DNA from: Blepharisma stoltei ATCC 30299
Lineage: Eukaryota; Protista; Ciliophora
NCBI GenBank assembly: GCA_965603825.1
Contig: CBFDEM010000051.1
Span: 186,001-250,000, forward strand
Direction: 5' to 3'
Length of the DNA: 64,000 bases
The position numbers and the translations under genes are program-made. Below are positions 60,227-64,000 of the stretch, one piece after another. How positions within the stretch are numbered: the stretch's first letter is position 1; each line of letters starts with the position of its first letter. The notes under the pieces were generated by a model that saw nothing but the letters and a program-made list of their open reading frames with translations, did no database searches and was not told where the DNA came from.

Positions 60227-60922
60227 ATGCCCAAGAAAAAATATTTGATTCCTCACCCTCCTCCTGCGAAGTCTCCCACAAATGCCCCAGCAATATCTCT
60301 AATAGGAAAAAACTCATCCCACTGAACGTTTGGGAAAGCATCTCGCTTTCGTTATTTAAAAAGATCAATAACCCCAGATTTTACAACACTCCCCTCTACC
60401 CTAGGAAAGCGTACTACAACCTTCGGATACGGCAAAAGATGAATTCCTCAGAACTCTAAAGGAAGAGACTCCCCGTCTCCTACAACTTATCATCCTCCTT
60501 CCTGTTTTGATCTGGAGAAAAAAGCCCCTAGTTTCGGTTTAAGGTGTCATACAGATCGTACAGTTGAAACAAAAAAAGCAATCCCAGGTCCTGGATCTTA
60601 CAACCCTTATAGCCCTATGGGCCACCGAGGACCTAAGTTTACATTTAGTCCAAGAATAGAGCACCGAATGAAAGCATGTACCCCACCGCCTGATAATTAT
60701 TGCCCAAATTTTAATCTTGTAGAAAAAGCAAACTATTCAGCAATTGGCTTTGGGATTGGTGATCGAAGCAAATCTCCTTTAAGTAGAAGAGAATCAAGTC
60801 CTGGGCCTGGAACTTATGAAATCCCGAGTGGATTTCGATCTAACAATTCACGTCCAGGAAGCCCTGGAAGATCGGTGACCCCGCTGCTATCAAGAAGGCA
60901 TTCTACTAAAGCTAAATATTAA
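60227..60922 (+). CDS. SHIPPO/PG-rich repeat (ODF3/STPG-like) ciliary protein, ~231 aa
   Basis: True frame starts at ATG 60227 with two TGA=Trp; 'PGPGSY', 'PGPGTY', 'FGYGKR'. Confidence 0.82.
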
Positions 60923-60931
60923 AAAATGTTA

Positions 60932-61729
60932 TTAATACACATTAGAGTCCAAAGCAGATGTATTAAGTGACCGGTTAGAGTTCCTAGAAGTGCCGTCAGT
61001 GTTTAATGCAGATGCGTTAAGAGATGCGGTTCCTCGGCGCGAGGAGGAGTTGAACCCGATGTTAAAGCTGAACGAGCTGTTTGGGAACGGTTTTATGTCT
61101 TTTTTCATTGAAAATGAGTCACGGCTGCTATCAGATCTTCTTGACACATCTGTATTCGCTCTTATAAAATCTCTTGGTACTTTTCCGTTAAATTTGCTTA
61201 ATAGCTGGTCTCTATCTTTGCTAACTTTTTCATATTCTCTATTCAGATTTTTTATTTCATTGTCTCTAAGCTTTATAAAATTTTGCATTCCAGCGATTTC
61301 GTCTTTTACTTCTTCCAGCTCAGTCCTCAAATTGGCTTGCGCAATTTTGTATTTGACTATTTGGTTTTCTAAGTCTACTTTTTCATCCTCCAATTTCTGG
61401 TACTGGTCAGATTCCTTGATTTTTACGATTTCATCAGATTTTAATTTGAGTGCTTCATCTCTTTCATTGACGGATATATCAATTTGCTGGCTTAGCTGAG
61501 AGATTTCTTTTTGAAGCTTCTTTACATTGCTGTTGAAGAGCTTTTCTTGATTGTTGTATGAAAATAATTGAGAATGGATTCGCATGAATTTGTCTTGGAG
61601 AAGATCGCTAAATAAAGAATACTTGTCAGTTGGCTTGTATAGATTATCTGAGGATGAAGAAGAGTCTTGCTCTAAAAAATATTCATAAGCTGCTTCTTGG
61701 AGAAACTCCTCGAAACTTGAGTCAGACAT
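60932..61729 (-). CDS. Coiled-coil protein (265 aa)
   Basis: Intact ORF, heptad-rich, TAA stop. Confidence 0.78.
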   Translation of the reverse strand: MSDSSFEEFLQEAAYEYFLEQDSSSSSDNLYKPTDKYSLFSDLLQDKFMRIHSQLFSYNNQEKLFNSNVKKLQKEISQLSQQIDISVNERDEALKLKSDEIVKIKESDQYQKLEDEKVDLENQIVKYKIAQANLRTELEEVKDEIAGMQNFIKLRDNEIKNLNREYEKVSKDRDQLLSKFNGKVPRDFIRANTDVSRRSDSSRDSFSMKKDIKPFPNSSFSFNIGFNSSSRRGTASLNASALNTDGTSRNSNRSLNTSALDSNVY

Positions 61730-62250
61730 TTGATAAAAAAATAAGTATTTGAAAATTGTAAATATGACTGATATTATTGTAACTTTAAAAACAGAAAATT
61801 AAAATTGTTTTCGAAAGAATGGATTTCTAAATCAAGATGTAAAGTGCGTAAAGATGATTTTAAAAAAAATCCTATAAGCAGATGCAATAGCTACCAAAAT
61901 TTTATAAGAAATATAGAGATTTCTTCATATTTAATTTAATGAAACGTGAACAATAAAGTTAATTAAATCCAAGCCCAGGAGACTTGCTTTTATCATAGTT
62001 TAAAAAATGTATTATGCAGACAAAAAAAGATTTATCTTCAAAATAAATAAAAAGAGTCTTTCTTAAAACGGCTATCTATTAAAATAAAGATTTTTTTATT
62101 GATTATGATTACTATTTTATATTGCTACTTAAAATCTAAATAGTTTATTAGATCCATTTATAAGTTTAATGAAATCTTTAGATTATTCATTAATGCTGAT
62201 TTTTTCTTGAAAACAGATTCCGATGCGTTCATAATCAAAATACTATAAAA

Positions 62251-63180
62251 ATGGGCTGCACCGATAGCCGATCTGGCTTAAGTAAAGAAGAAAGAGCGAT
62301 CGTTGACATGGAAGAGCTGCTTCACTACTACCAGAACAACTGCAAAGCTATTGATTTCTATATCCGCAAGTACTCATACGCAGGGGAGATTAATCCAGAA
62401 CAGTGGCGAGATGTTGTAAATCATCTCAACCTCAAAGTAGAAAATACTGCTCAAAACCCAAAAGTCGTCGATTTTTACTCTTCATTTAAAGGAAACGAAG
62501 GCAGGCTGCCTCAAAAGCCAATGCTGATACTTGGAATTATGCTAGGATCTGGAGCTTCTAAGGATAAAGCCAGACTTTTATTTGAAACTCAGGATGTCAG
62601 AAACTCTAAAAGTCTTTTAAAAACTGATATTCATGAGCTCGTTGACCAAATGGTAGACATTGCAGTCAATAGGCTACCTAATCTAATAGTTACTAACCCT
62701 CAAATAAGTGAAGAAGATATCAGAAACTACGTTACTCAGCTGCACCAGTACATTGACAAAGCCAAAGCTTTAATATCAAAAAAATTCATCGGTGAAGAAA
62801 CAAAGGCTGAAGAATCTACAGTTACATTGGCGGCTTTTGAAAAAAACTTTATTGATGAGTCCAACGCAACACTTTTAACTCCTTATGGGTTGAGAATGTT
62901 TATTTGGAGACTTAAGCCACTTGAAATTAAGTCTAAAAAAACGAAGGAAGAAACAAAACGTGAAGCAGCCACTAAAACTGGGGAACATAAAGAGAAAAAA
63001 GATAAAAGCTCGTCATCTTCGTCTTCATCTTCAAGCAGTAGTTCTTCGGATGAAGAAAAGCATAAGAAAAAAGTAGAAAAGGCTGAACCAAAAGCTGAGG
63101 CTGCACCAACAGTTGAAGTTGCACCAAAAGTCGAAGAAAAACCAGCAGAAGCCCCAATAATTGAGAGCGTAGCAGCTTAA
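62251..63180 (+). CDS. MGC-lipidated degenerate EF-hand (NCS/CBL-like) protein with poly-Ser and E/A/P/K tail
   Basis: N-terminal 'MGCTDS'; 'DKARLLFETQD.....L...DI' resembles a recoverin-type EF-hand; 14-Ser run. Confidence 0.75.
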   Translation: MGCTDSRSGLSKEERAIVDMEELLHYYQNNCKAIDFYIRKYSYAGEINPEQWRDVVNHLNLKVENTAQNPKVVDFYSSFKGNEGRLPQKPMLILGIMLGSGASKDKARLLFETQDVRNSKSLLKTDIHELVDQMVDIAVNRLPNLIVTNPQISEEDIRNYVTQLHQYIDKAKALISKKFIGEETKAEESTVTLAAFEKNFIDESNATLLTPYGLRMFIWRLKPLEIKSKKTKEETKREAATKTGEHKEKKDKSSSSSSSSSSSSSSDEEKHKKKVEKAEPKAEAAPTVEVAPKVEEKPAEAPIIESVAA

Positions 63181-63200
63181 TTTAGTAGTTTATAACTAAT

Positions 63201-63812
<612 letters not shown>

Positions 63813-64000
63813 TCTTAAATTTGGATTATCAAAAAAGATTTTGATATTTTCAAGATTGAAGACATATATAAAACACTAATTAATTGGCCATAAATTCCTG
63901 CAAATAATAAGATCTGTAGTTTTTTTTATAAAATAATTTAATGATCTCGAATAATTCCATTTCAAATAATGTCTTTTGATGCAACTTTCCTTTTAAATTT

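Noticed and set aside
60202-60459. Listed ORF implying a frameshift in the SHIPPO-repeat gene
   Set aside because: The neighbouring frame is open from ATG 60227 to 60922 with TGA=Trp, so the listed ORF is a shadow

Overview
This is AT-rich, gene-dense eukaryotic DNA, not prokaryotic. In-frame TGA falls at invariant tryptophan positions (Rab 'LQV*DTAGQE', SDHA 'DD*RWH', DEAD-box 'TAT*P', GH27 'GWST*NHF', and one acyl-CoA oxidase copy has TGA where its paralog has TGG). Every reconstructed gene ends in TAA or TAG, so the code is table-4-like (UGA=Trp). Nine GT-AG introns of only 15-16 nt are visible, all starting GTAA with A at position 10. This combination is known for the macronuclear genome of the heterotrich ciliate Blepharisma, which I infer as the likely source. 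Re-read this way, the fragmented ORF track collapses into about 40 intact genes. They include two tandem acyl-CoA oxidases, a GH27 alpha-galactosidase, an SLC22-like MFS transporter, CFAP46, 14-3-3, a divergent COX15, a ferlin, a MORN protein, a MAPEG protein, VAP, a PHD-DDT-WSD chromatin protein, WRAP73, NudE, eEF1B-gamma, SDHA, a DEAD-box helicase, a DOT1-like methyltransferase and a Rab4-like GTPase. Several small genes missed by the ORF track were also found. Notable points are overlapping or nearly abutting genes, a shared promoter 11-mer and PTS2 signals in the acyl-CoA oxidases, candidate pseudoenzymes, and strongly gene-specific UGA/UGG usage. No rRNA, tRNA, telomeric repeat, CRISPR array or intact transposon could be supported.
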